64,000 bases of DNA, from the NCBI GenBank assembly GCA_965285935.1, contig OZ260662.1, positions 93,372,001-93,436,000 on the forward strand, in the 5' to 3' direction. Position numbers and translations under genes: made by a program. Position 1 is the first letter of the stretch. Each line of letters begins with the position of its first letter. The notes below the pieces were generated by a model, which was given only the letters and a program-made list of their open reading frames with translations, was not told where the DNA came from and ran no database searches. This DNA is from Ophelia neglecta. Taxonomy: Eukaryota. Positions 10,701 through 21,130 of the stretch are shown here, in pieces.

Positions 10701-12421
10701 AGCGGCGGCAAAAGCAGCTGGGCCTCTTAAAATGAGCTAGTGTGATCACAATAATAACCCACCCTTACCCCCTTGTATCAAGAACAAAACTGAGATGTTT
10801 AGGTATGGGTTTGGTTATAAAATGACGGATAATATAGATTATCGTGCTACCAATTCTGTTACGCCGCACTTTCCGCTTTCGCTCTTAACACAAAGCCGTT
10901 GGAGATCACACGTAGACCCTTATGGACCATTTGGTGAGTTACATCGCCCATGGCCTTTAAGCACCAATTGTTTTTTGCCAGCAATTTGAATACAAGGAAT
11001 GATTCTTACCGGAATGTTTGCTACATTTTCTGTCTTCATTGTTTTACCCTTTAACAAATAAGATATTTAATTTCATGAGCAACCTTGTTATGACAATGCT
11101 GTAAATATAGCCACTATGGGAAATCAAAGACTCAAAATGTTTTAATACGGTTTGTATATATATATGTTTTTGCTGTGAAAAAAGCTAAATAATATATGTA
11201 AAAGTGATCCGACCAACTCCCATTTTGCTGCAAAAGCACATGGAGGGAAGTGAAGGACACGCGGCTGGTATACAATGGTGTCAGAGCGTTAATAAATATC
11301 TACTCAGGTGATGCAGCACCGGCCAAAAGAACAAACGCTGCGGCCCACTCATGTCGAGTTCAAGTGTCCTGTCGGGAACAATGTCACCGGCAGCTTTTTG
11401 TGTCTAATATATTGTGAATGCTTTAGCATAGAAGGTGGCTTTTCCTCTATTTTATTATGGAGATTAGAGCAATTAAAAACGGCCGTGCATACACATATCC
11501 TTAATCATTCGATGTCATATTGTGTGTTTTTATTCATCTATGTCATATATTCAAGCTTGTGGGTAGTGGAATATCTTTCTGCATTTTAAAGGTTCATGCC
11601 ATTGCGAATTTCTAAATCGGTACACTACAAACAATCACGAGTTTGGACAAACGTCTCTAGATCAGCAGCTTCTCCACCGATGAAATGTTATGCAAATGAA
11701 TCAAATATGTAGAATATGAAAATGAATTAAATACATACATAGTATGAAAATAAATAAAATATATACATAGTATGACATTACAGTTTTATACTTATTAATT
11801 TGCACTCATTTGTCTAGCCCAGCTTACACGTTAAGAAATTGTTCAATCAAAGGAGATATTTATCAGTATTGAAATATCCCCAATCTCTTTTACCACAGGT
11901 AATATACATAAATGATGGAATATGTATGCATGGCATAAAATTAAGTTTATGATGGCAAACCTCTTATTTTTGAGCATGTGAATCCAGTTCCGCTTAAATT
12001 CGCAGGGTAGTATAGAAATTCGCTGCTTACGATCGCCACAAACTAATTAGACATTTTGGTTACAGATATAACAGGTATGACAACCAACATACTAACATTG
12101 CTCCTTAAAGTCAATGTAGAAAATGCACATATTAATCTTGTTTCTCCTCACTCACATCCGCAGACCGGAAAAGAGTGTAAGAGCACCTGGAAGGACACAG
12201 TGAAAAGAATCCAGTACAATGAATGTGAGAGTGTTTTTGAGTTTCGACCTAAGTACTGTAGTACTTGTAAGAAACACAAGTGTTGCGGCCCTGACAGAAC
12301 CAAGACCATCACCATGGACTTCCGTTGCCCTGACGGTAAAACTTTCACAGAGAACTTTATGTGGGTCAAGAATTGTGCATGCAAACGCTGTAAATATCAC
12401 CAAAGGAACTACAGGAAGTAG
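4483..12421 (+). CDS. CCN: CCN-family matricellular protein gene (IGFBP-VWC-TSP1-CT), spliced; two alternative intact terminal exons give ~385-aa (CT-A) or ~381-aa (CT-B) products if the proposed exon 1 is right
   Basis: Join 4483-4719, 5786-5996, 6335-6595, 9366-9544, then 10152-10421 or 12164-12421. All introns are GT..AG with matching phases (0,1,1,0). Module cysteines with CT-B are 12+10+6+10=38, the canonical CCN number. Vertebrate paralogue (CCN1-6) cannot be assigned by eye. Confidence 0.95.
5786..5996 (+). CDS. CCN: CCN exon 2, IGFBP domain (absent from the ORF track)
   Basis: tttcag|INEQCHYPCKCQYLSVSCKGGVTVLKDGCDCCYMCSRQQGDLCDHKAICDEHKGLYCDFKLDGGLKGYCR G|gtaggg; GCxCCxxC motif, 12 Cys. 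Confidence 0.95.
6335..6595 (+). CDS. CCN: CCN exon 3, VWC domain plus hinge
   Basis: tttcag|(A)KAAEPCEVDGKTYKDGEQFKPNCSLLCTCQNGQHACSSLCPQEDRPPSSVHCKEARLVSITGRCCKEWVCPHAHSLPGIDEVFSTT A|gttagt; 10 Cys, CCxEWVC motif, phase 1/1. Confidence 0.93.
8030..8440 (-). mobile_element. 5'-truncated CR1/L2-group LINE fragment (ORF2 C-terminus) in CCN intron 3, antisense
   Basis: KVQRLQNRAVHLILNNFD...QRRDYFNNLLTIKCLNDLAPVLL, then FWNGLP; typical post-RT region of CR1/L2 ORF2. Confidence 0.8.
9366..9544 (+). CDS. CCN: CCN exon 4, TSP1 domain
   Basis: tgtag|(T)TGLVNIPQCKKETTAWSVCSVTCGMGVSIRVTNDNEKCQPEQQQRLCLVRPCESKYDHL|gtaggt; WSxCSxTCGxG and RVTNDN are CCN hallmarks. A second in-phase acceptor 6 nt downstream (exon start 9372) is possible. 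Confidence 0.95.
10152..10421 (+). CDS. CCN: CCN terminal exon 5A, cystine-knot (CT) domain variant A
   Basis: T-rich acceptor ttttgtttacag|RGKRCKNTW...GCVSIKEYKPKYYSTCKQSRCCQP...KC...MWIKSCSCTHDCPVEGSGDANSG*; phase 0, 9 Cys. Confidence 0.88.
   Translation, partial: RGKRCKNTWRQNTPKRLQYRGCVSIKEYKPKYYSTCKQSRCCQPDLTKTLEIEMKCENDKVEMMNLMWIKSCSCTHDCPVEGSGDANSG
10675..10897. mobile_element. MITE (copy 1) between CT-A and the CT pseudo-exon
   Basis: Imperfect TIRs GGCTTTGTATAAACGGCGAAAG...CTTTCGCTCTTAACACAAAGCC; 9-bp flanking repeat GTTGGGGAT/GTTGGAGAT; homologous to 16648-16863. Confidence 0.85.
11226..11430 (+). pseudogene. Decayed third CT exon (pseudo-exon 5P)
   Basis: CCKSTWREVKDTRLVYNG / 1-nt frameshift near 11279 / CQSVNKYLLR*CSTGQKNKRCGP / deletion and frameshift / HVEFKCPVGNNVTGSFLCLIYCEC; collinear with CT-B. 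Contains TGA at 11309 and has no clear acceptor. Confidence 0.85.
12164..12421 (+). CDS. CCN: CCN terminal exon 5B, canonical cystine-knot (CT) domain
   Basis: Pyrimidine-rich acceptor ctcctcactcacatccgcag|TGKECKSTW...ECESVFEFRPKYCSTCKKHKCCGPDRTKT...FRCPDG...FMWVKNCACKRCKYHQRNYRK*; phase 0, 10 Cys. Confidence 0.92.
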   Translation, partial: TGKECKSTWKDTVKRIQYNECESVFEFRPKYCSTCKKHKCCGPDRTKTITMDFRCPDGKTFTENFMWVKNCACKRCKYHQRNYRK

Positions 12422-12942
12422 TGTATCAACTCGGGTATTTCGGATTTAATGATTTAACGTAAACCCCATTAAGTCTTAGACGCTTTTTAATATGGTTCTA
12501 CACTATTTATTAAAGTATATGTTTTGATCTAATAGCTAAGCAGCTATGGAAGTGTCAGTTCCTTATATTGGTGCAGCCACAAAATTCATAATGCCATCCA
12601 AATTATCTTATCTGAAAAATTGTCTTACAGTGCTTTTCAAAATTAAAAAATGTATTGAAAAATTATTTAACAATGTTTTTAAAAAAAGTAAAAAAATATC
12701 ACAATCTCCTCTTGTTATTCAATAAGTAGTTTTCGTAATTTTATTCACTTCCAATTAAATGCAACCCCATGTCTTCGTAAATTGCAATCGGCAAGCATGT
12801 TAAGGTATGGCGCGTAAAACAAACGGGAGTATGTACCCGGCCGACAAAGCAAACAAAGCAATCAAGGATTGTCCGAAAACAGCAGGGACCACCAAATAGG
12901 AGAACAATCCCTTTTCTAAGACGGACTTTTCCTGTAATCTGA

Positions 12943-12948
12943 AATAAA
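12943..12948 (+). terminator. Candidate poly(A) signal for the CT-B isoform
   Basis: AATAAA ~520 nt after the CT-B stop; ATTAAA variants lie nearer (~12508, ~12642). AT-rich context makes this weak. Confidence 0.3.
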
Positions 12949-14129
12949 GGTGCAATTTATTATTCAGATTACATACCCTTAATATATGGTTAAATCCGTT
13001 TTGTACATAAAATGAACACTAGACACCGGCTACGTACTTGTATCGAACGCTAAAAAGTTCCTGCGGGATGCTGGCATTTATAATCTCAATAAAATCCTGG
13101 AGCCCACACCTGCTGAATCAGGCCGGAAAGTTTCCAGCATGTGCTTAATCAGAGCCACGCTAGAAGGCTGAGGATCTTTGGGGTACAATCTAATCTAAAG
13201 CAATGCGGCAGTGGGTACCAGGCATTTAAGGATAATCATTATTCACCGAAAGTTCATCAAATCGGTCCGAATTTATTTGTCGCAAGCAGCCACAGGCTAA
13301 CATGCACGCGTGAAAAGTAAACACACGTGTGAAAAATCCTCAGCTCCCAAGCAGTATATAACTTGATATAATAAAATCATAAAAATAAAATCATAAAACT
13401 TGGTATTACTTGCAATAAGAATTAGTCATCAGTTTTCCATGTTGTGAGTCAGAATACACAGAAAAGAGTCAGTGGTCAACGTGGGACAGAGAGATGTATT
13501 GGGAGAGTCTATGATGGGCTAATATCTCTTAAAATTATTTAGAGACCAACGTGAAGTTGTCTCAATAAACGGGTCCCTGCACTCCGCTCTGTAGTGTTAT
13601 ATGGTTCTCCCGCAACGCCGACGACCAAGCGACGAAGAAAGGGACCCAAATAAAAACAAAACAAAATACGTCCTTGCATTATAAAGTGGAAAAGGTATTT
13701 AATCGACCCGATAGTGCACCCAGATGTCGAATATATAAAGTGAGCCAGTTAAGCTTTTATTGTGACTGAACACGTGCATCTGCCCACACGATTTTGTATC
13801 TTTATGTAGCAGATGAACATGGCCACTAGCCCTAGCGTTAGAGGAATTAATAACAACTACAGCCTACATATGAGCGGTCATCCTTTGTATTATAATTATG
13901 AAATTGTCTCAATAAACTTGTCACTGTACTCGACTCTGGTAGCCCTAGTGTCTAAGCATATCGAGTGCTTATAGAGACAAAATCTTCTGTAATATTCTTT
14001 TAAAGGATTTGTATATTAGTTTATTCATTGCATAGCTCAACTCAGACCGCGAAATACTGCGGGTGTACCATAGAAAACTACTATTCTCTCACATGAAAAA
14101 GTTCTACTAGGAGATATTTATAACTACGG

Positions 14130-15700
14130 TCATCTTACAATTTTTTCCTGAATCGCCACATACCTTAAGTTAAATTTAGCGTGTCCATGCCTGGATAGAC
14201 ATAACTTGATTAAAAAATCTGCACATAATGCGATTCCAATAATGTGACGTACTTTTAGCACAACCAGTTCATGAAATATAAATAAAGGAATTGTAACAAC
14301 TTCTAGAAGAGCTTCTCGAAAACTCATCAACTGTGCTTTGACAAAACTCATACGAAATACAAGTTGTCAGTCAGATCAAAAGTTATTTCCTATAACTCGA
14401 TCCGTCACATCGACAAACAAAATATAAAGATATAATATAGAATCTCCATAAAATTGGAGGATATATCCATCTTTAAATCAACTATAGTGGAGGTATTGCA
14501 TACAAAACAAAGTCTGCAATCCATTTAAGTATCTATGAATTGAAAATGTAGAAATGCACAATAAACTGTCATAATGCACAGGGTTACAAAACATCTCGCC
14601 CCAATTCAGATGCGGCAAACACGTTCGTAAGTAAATTAGATAAAATAAAAATTAGCGTTCAAAAAATATCAACAGTTTTCAACGATCTGAGTCAATCCAG
14701 AAAATAAACTTGTAAATGGACAAAGTAAATGATTTTATAAACGTACAAATCCTTCTTAGAAATTACACACACTACAGATTACTTTGTCTCTATAAACATG
14801 CGACTGATGAAGGCCTTACAAATGCCACAGTAGTAATATACACAAAAGTATAAAGGTCTAATCACCAATAATTGTCTCTAATACTAAACAGCCAGTCACA
14901 CTAAACATAGCTGGGATCACTCGCCACAGTCGCCCTGTGCTTGTAATAGATATTCCTTCTGCAGAAGGAAATTGGAGCCAGGAAAGCAATATCCTTTGCA
15001 TAAACGTCTCGCATAAAAGTCTGAACTGTAATGACTTCGTCCAGGATATATTTTCCAAGGTCTAAAACACGTGGGCACCTCAGACAAATAGACCATATAA
15101 CCATCGGTTTTAGGCCCAGACAAAATCATTTCCAATAGCATATTTTACACACTTAAGTTAATAGTCATTAGTGTTCCAATTATGGGGAACAATCTTTTTA
15201 TGAGGAGATGCGTCCAACTTTGGTTATCTCACTAGTTATTTTTACCAGGAAAATGCCCTAGTAGCAACAAGGAACCAATGGGTTCGGGAAAATGGTTTTC
15301 CTTTTAAACGGGTACATCAGTATGCACCCTATTCACCAGTTGCCATTATGAGACTCGCCCTCATCAGATACGCTATATAGCGTCGGCTACAATCGACTGA
15401 ATATTTTATGATTGTGTCATGTGTGTTAGTATGGTGCCAATGCAGCAATTCCAGGAGAAACAACAAAAAGTCAGCCTTAATCGAGGCCCTGGGGTTTAAG
15501 GGCCAAAGTTGCTGGTAAAACATGCCCATGAATTTAGCAAGAAGTGACAGAAATCTACCGCAAACGTTCTCAGTATATCTAAAATTGGCTTCTAGCAAAT
15601 GCAAGAATGTAGGCAACATACATATCTAAGTCACAAATGTTATTCAACCCACAATAGGCTAACAGTATATATGACAGATTCATTCACATTTCCGCGAAGA
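14130..15700 (-). pseudogene. Possible heavily decayed intronless fukutin/LicD-like sequence
   Basis: Collinear fragments LKCVKYAIGNDFVW, ATVASDPSYV, FYLIYLRTCL and DGYILQFYGDSILYLYILFVD..FRMSFVKAQL recall fukutin blocks in order and approximate spacing. Many stops and frameshifts; comparison is from memory only. Confidence 0.35.
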
Positions 15701-16369
15701 AGTCCTCGAAAGGTAAGATAGAGTCAAATTATTTATGCTGGAATACATATTAGTTAATAAAAATTAATTATATATGTACGGACAGGTGGAGTACTTATTC
15801 TCGCTATATGTAACTTTAAGTCCTTTTAGCAAAATGCTTTGAAATCAAAGTCACAAGTATAATATAAGGGTATGTACACTCTGGAGACAAAGCAAGACCA
15901 TCAATAACGAATATTTCATTCAAATATTTCCGAAATAACCTGAAACCGTCACTGCGTCACTGTAATCCCACACACATCAATTCCTAGTTCCCTAAAATGC
16001 ATAGGCCTATAACGAACTCCGTACCACTGAGAAGTTTTCAACAGTTGCACATGATGTAAGTCAGAAGATAAAAATAAGGAGTTTGGATTCAATGAAGAAC
16101 AGATATGAAATGAACGTCAGGAGAGTCCTTGTTCAATCAAGCTCTTTGAGAAATGTTCGACTATAAATGTACTTACAATGTATCTCGATAAACACACAAA
16201 AGCTAGGTTTCGGAATTCTTCAGAGGAAAACAGGTTTTTACCCTCGATTCAGCAATAGATTACAATTAATATGGAGTGGGGAATGGAAGAATAGGTGCCA
16301 CCTTATAGTTTATGATAATATAAGATACTAGAAACTTAAGGTATACCCCGAACCAATATTGAGTCAGCC

Positions 16370-17474
16370 AAAGAGGTGATTCATGATTATCAGTTAGGTT
16401 TCTGTGCAAATCACTCCACCAGTATGGCTCTTGTGCTGTTGATTGATAAGTTATCGGGCGCTCTACAAAATGGCGACTATGTCTTAGGCCTCGTCCTTGA
16501 TTTTTCAAAGGCCCTTGACATAGTCGATCATAAAATACTTCTACTGTCCTGGTTAAATAGCTACTTGGGTAATCGAAAGCAACTTGTGGACTGAGATGGT
16601 GATCTTTCTGACTCTCTTGCTAGTGCCTGTAGTGTGCCATAAGAATCGGCTTTGTGTAAACGGCGACCGCGAAAGCTTCGGCGAAAGCGGCATGGCTTCT
16701 TAAATTGAGCTAATATGAACACAATAGTAAACCCTAACCATACCCATTTATATCGAAAACAACATTGAGTTAGGGTTAGGGTTGGGTTATAAAATAACTA
16801 ATATTTTAGAGTATTGTGAAATGCTGCTTTCGCTGCTTTCGCGTTCGCCGTTTACACAAAGCCTAAGAATCAATACTAGGAACATGACTTATTTTTGTTT
16901 TCATAGATAGATGACTAAGTATATGCGAGTAACATTTTAGATGTGATTTTGTTTGCTGATTACTGCATCTGTGGCTGGAAATAAGGAAGACGACTTAATC
17001 AGAAACACTAATGTGGAAATGATAAATATTTTAATTGTTATTGTGTTGATACTTAGGGCAATACCTTCCAATTCTACCTACAAAATATGAAGACTTTGCA
17101 AAAGATAGCGGTTCGAGTTATCTCTTCTTGGCGAAAGTTGACACACTCTCTACTCTCTTTGAAAAATTAAACTGCCGATTGCGAATATTCAGAAGTTCTG
17201 TTTAGGTATATTTATGTACAACCATATTCATGGCGTACTGCCTAAACGTTTCAGAACTTTCTTCTATAAAAAACTGTGATAGACATTGGCTTCTACTAGA
17301 CAAGCAAGTGATATTCATATGCCTAAGGTAACCTCTTCTGTGGTACATAAAGATTTGAGATTCCAAGGCGCTGTTTTGTATAATTCTCAATGTGACATTG
17401 TAAGTTTCAATTTTTCATTCTCAGGGTTCAAAAAGCAATTGAAAAAGAAACTGTTGACATCTACTGGATTGTAG
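16370..17474 (+). mobile_element. Decayed CR1/L2-group LINE reverse-transcriptase fragment with internal deletions
   Basis: QLGFCANHSTSMALVLLIDKL...LDFSKALDIVDHKILL, WLNSYLGNRKQ, SVP*ESILG (GVPQGSILG, split by a MITE), ILFAD, terminal FKKQLKKKLL. Confidence 0.88.
16648..16863. mobile_element. MITE (copy 2) inserted in the LINE RT
   Basis: Near-perfect TIRs GGCTTTGTGTAAACGGCGA...TCGCCGTTTACACAAAGCC; exact 8-bp TSD TAAGAATC (16640-16647, 16864-16871); internal CCCTAA and TTAGGGTTAGGG. Confidence 0.92.
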
Positions 17475-20400
17475 AATAGTTGTACTTATTGTATAACGGA
17501 GCATTGAATTCATTTTGTTGGAGGTGTTTTCTGTCTGGCGATAACATGTGTGATTAAGATGGCGACAATGTGCTAGTCACCAATGTTTGCAAAAAGCTGG
17601 ACCCTCTTCAGGCAACGTCGACCATGAATACTGAGATCCTTCCCTGAAATACATATATAGTCTGATCAAAACAACCACAGGGAAACGTTTGTTATGTGCT
17701 TTACGGCAGGACGTGATACTATGACGGAATCAGTGAACTCCGCCAATGTTCTCACCGAGGTGCTCCAAACAGATAACTGAGGAGCTACAAACAAAAACGT
17801 CTTTCTAAAGCATTAATGTAAACACTTACTAAAAAATAAAATTTTAAATCATTAGAGGGAATTGAAACATATGAAGGCCAATAAAAGAAGAACCCGGAAC
17901 TGGTGTTTGAGTTTTCTTACACGGTATCAAAGGACCAAGGATGATAATCGTTGTATAGTGTGTGTAAATATTCTAACCCAGCATCGTCTCGATGAGCAAA
18001 AACATCAACTCAAGCGTCTCAGGCTATAGAGCATTGTCATCTTCTAGGACCGAAATCTGACAAACCACGTTCGATTATTGCCAACTTTTATTTGAGACCT
18101 TTGCCGAATGCCATAATTAATGATGCTAACAACAATGAGGGTTCTGATACCTACATAGCTCCTGATATGAACAAGGTATTGAAGGCTGTACCCCAAACGA
18201 AGTAGGCATTAGAAAAGGGCAAGAAAATGTTATTCTGGAACAGCCAATTGATGATTGATTCTAAGGTGGTTCCCATAGAAGAATTGGGTAGAATTTCAAA
18301 AAAAACAATTCAGAAAATGAATTATGATATCACTTGGGTCTACAAGTTCTTCTTATCATTAACATTGCTGCGCGCATACACATTTATATTACATAGTAAA
18401 CAGATACACAACTGAAGAAAAGGCTGAGGGGTTCACCTCACTATCAAGCCATGTATGCTGACAAGTACCATTTTTTACTATTGATTATTATTATTTGCAT
18501 ATTCTCGCATGTTCAATTGGCTTCTGCGTGTATTTATATGTATCATCCGAGTCATTATGGCTGCTTCACATTCTGTAGCAAGCAGATATTGGATATGCTT
18601 CCGGTGTATTATGCACCAGCCATACAAATTACTCACTCCGTCTGTATGGGCCGTAGTTTCATGTTGTTAACTATCTATTCCAATTCGACAAGTCTGACTT
18701 AGTGTACAGCGACTGTGTATTTGGCCAATAGTTATGTCAATGTTGTACCTTGGACATTTTTTTTTCTTGTAACCATATTGAGAATGGCTCAGATTTAATG
18801 TGTGCCTCACACGATCCCCTCATAATAATTCTAATGTTACAGTTGCAGACTTGCAGGAGAGGTATTTTTGCCTTTTGACTTAAGTGAAGATGTAAACTCA
18901 CCTATGTTAGACTGTGATCGAGATATTAAGTTTTATAAGGCTCTGAGTGACCAGGCACAGCTAATGTCCCGTGGTTATTATCTGTCAGAATCATTTCTTA
19001 AAATATGAACGGCTCGGCATAGGGGATGGCATTTATCATTTTTGTGCCTTAATATTCTTAGTAGGCCCTCCAATTTATATAAGCTTGATAGCTACTTCAA
19101 ACACTGATTATGAAATTTACTTTTACTGTTCTATCTGAAACCTGGTTAAATCACGAAACTGTGGCCTGCTATAGTTTGCCAGGCTGCAAAATTGTTCGTT
19201 ATATTAGATCTGACAGAAGAGGTGGTGGCGCATCTCTTCTTGTGAAGGATGAAATGTCATTATAGGTGTCTTCTGATCTCAGCATTCTTATATGGAATCT
19301 TGGAGTGTTTGTTCGTTGAATTCAATGGTCGGGATTGAATATGAAGCAAAATGCCTTCATTGGTCTGATATATCACCCCCCAGATACAGACATTTCTTTA
19401 TTTAAGCTATTAGATGTTATTATATAAAATATTCTATCGGAATAAAATCTTCTGGGGATTTTAATATAGAGTACACACAAATTTACTTGTGAATTCATTG
19501 TCTTCGTACGTGCTTATTCTTTTCTGCCGACTTTTAAGAAATCCCCAACATTTACTAGCAATACTGCCACTTTTTATTGATTATATTTTGACATATTTCC
19601 CTTTTGCTGATCAACTATCATGCCGGGGTATATTGTTAAATAAAATCTCCGATCACCTTCCCATCTTTCATATTAATTACATTACCCCAAAAACGACCAA
19701 TAGAAATAAAACAACGAAATTATTGTCCAAAATAATGTCAATCTATTCCTTAACCATTTGATGGAATTAATTGGGATCCTTTATATGGCACACATAACAC
19801 AGCGATTGCTTTTACTAAGTATAAATGTTTATTTATCACCGCATCATCATAATACAATTGAAGCTCGCAGACCTTATTGGACCACTGAATATCAACGAGT
19901 ATAACTGTCAAATAAAAATAAAAACTGAATGGTAACAAATGGAAAATGAAAGCATTGTACTGCGACAGCAATATAAAAACACAAAAGACAAGATATAAAC
20001 CGTGACAACCAATTCCACCTATAAAATAAGGCTTCTTGATCACTCCCATTCTCTGCGACTCCCACCCAACAAGGGACCCCAGAACATGTGCAACAGCCTA
20101 CACCACTGACGAAGGAAAATTACTAAGACGGTTGTAGAACCAATTTAACTGATAACGTAAAAATTGATGAATAGAAACAATTGTTAAACGATAGGATGAC
20201 CTGGTATGTAAAACAGTGCTGTTTCACATTAGTAATTAAACTCGGAACATGCATCTTCTTGACCTTCTTATTTAATTATGAATATTAACATTGATTTTAA
20301 ACAGAGAAGAGACACAAGTCGGTACAAGACCGTGGATTACTTTATAAATACATACCTGGAGAGAGTATGTGTACAAATCATGGAATGGCAGTATGTTTAG

Positions 20401-20709
20401 TTGACAAATCATAAGGTAATGAAGAAGTATTTCTCTTTGAAATAGTGATAAATCTTAAGGCTCTTTTTTGTAATTTTATAATTCGGTCTAGATACAATAG
20501 TTAATATTGGGATAGATAAAAGAATAATATAGTGACAACATAGTTCATTATCAAATCCTTTCTAGCTTTGTTCAATATTCCCGGGACTCAAGCAAAATTA
20601 CCACTTATTTGAAATGATGTTTATTCAGTATTAGGGCTGGCCACCAGCCAAAGTACATCAGTAAATTGTTAGCGGTGCAAAAATGAACACCCACATACTC
20701 CCACCCCGA

Positions 20710-21110
20710 GGTTTCTCTCCATTATCATATGAAGAGGAGCCTTCTGGAGGTAGATATACAGACAATATAATAGTATTCTTGTTGGCAGGCATAAATTTAC
20801 CCGGTATCATAAAGCCGATAATATACTTACAATCTACTGTTAGTGTAGTTATAAAGTTACACAGCCAATCTTTTACAAAAACTGTTATGCCACCAGGGTT
20901 GCGACCCCTATCACTTTTACGTAGCCACACTTTGGAAATTGCTTTAAAGCCATCCAGAAGGTCTCTAAATGCTCCCTCGTTATCCCCCAAGTTTCATATA
21001 TAGAGATAATATCATACATTTGAAACAGCTGATTCAGCTGGGAAAAGTCCTTATTGAAAAAGCCCCGAATATTCCATGATAGAAAATGTGCATGTGACCT
21101 TGGGTGCCTG
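20710..21110 (-). pseudogene. Truncated APE endonuclease (ORF2 N-terminus) of the nested element
   Basis: FLSWNIRG, YDIISIYETW, frameshift, GRNPGGITVFVK, SVYLPPEGS; similarity then stops. Confidence 0.85.
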
Positions 21111-21130
21111 TCATGACCTCGGCCATTGTT

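Noticed and set aside
12056-12163. N-terminal part of the 121-aa ORF as a stand-alone CT-only gene
   Set aside because: It starts at TTG, has no signal peptide, and runs through a clear polypyrimidine/CAG acceptor; best read as open intron sequence.
10152-12421. Tandem CT domains in one polypeptide, or a second complete CCN gene
   Set aside because: CT-A ends in a stop, and no IGFBP, VWC or TSP1 exons were found between the CT exons.
14800-14835. CTGATGA-AGGCC resembling a hammerhead ribozyme core (similar motif at ~4183)
   Set aside because: No properly placed GAAA or closing stems.
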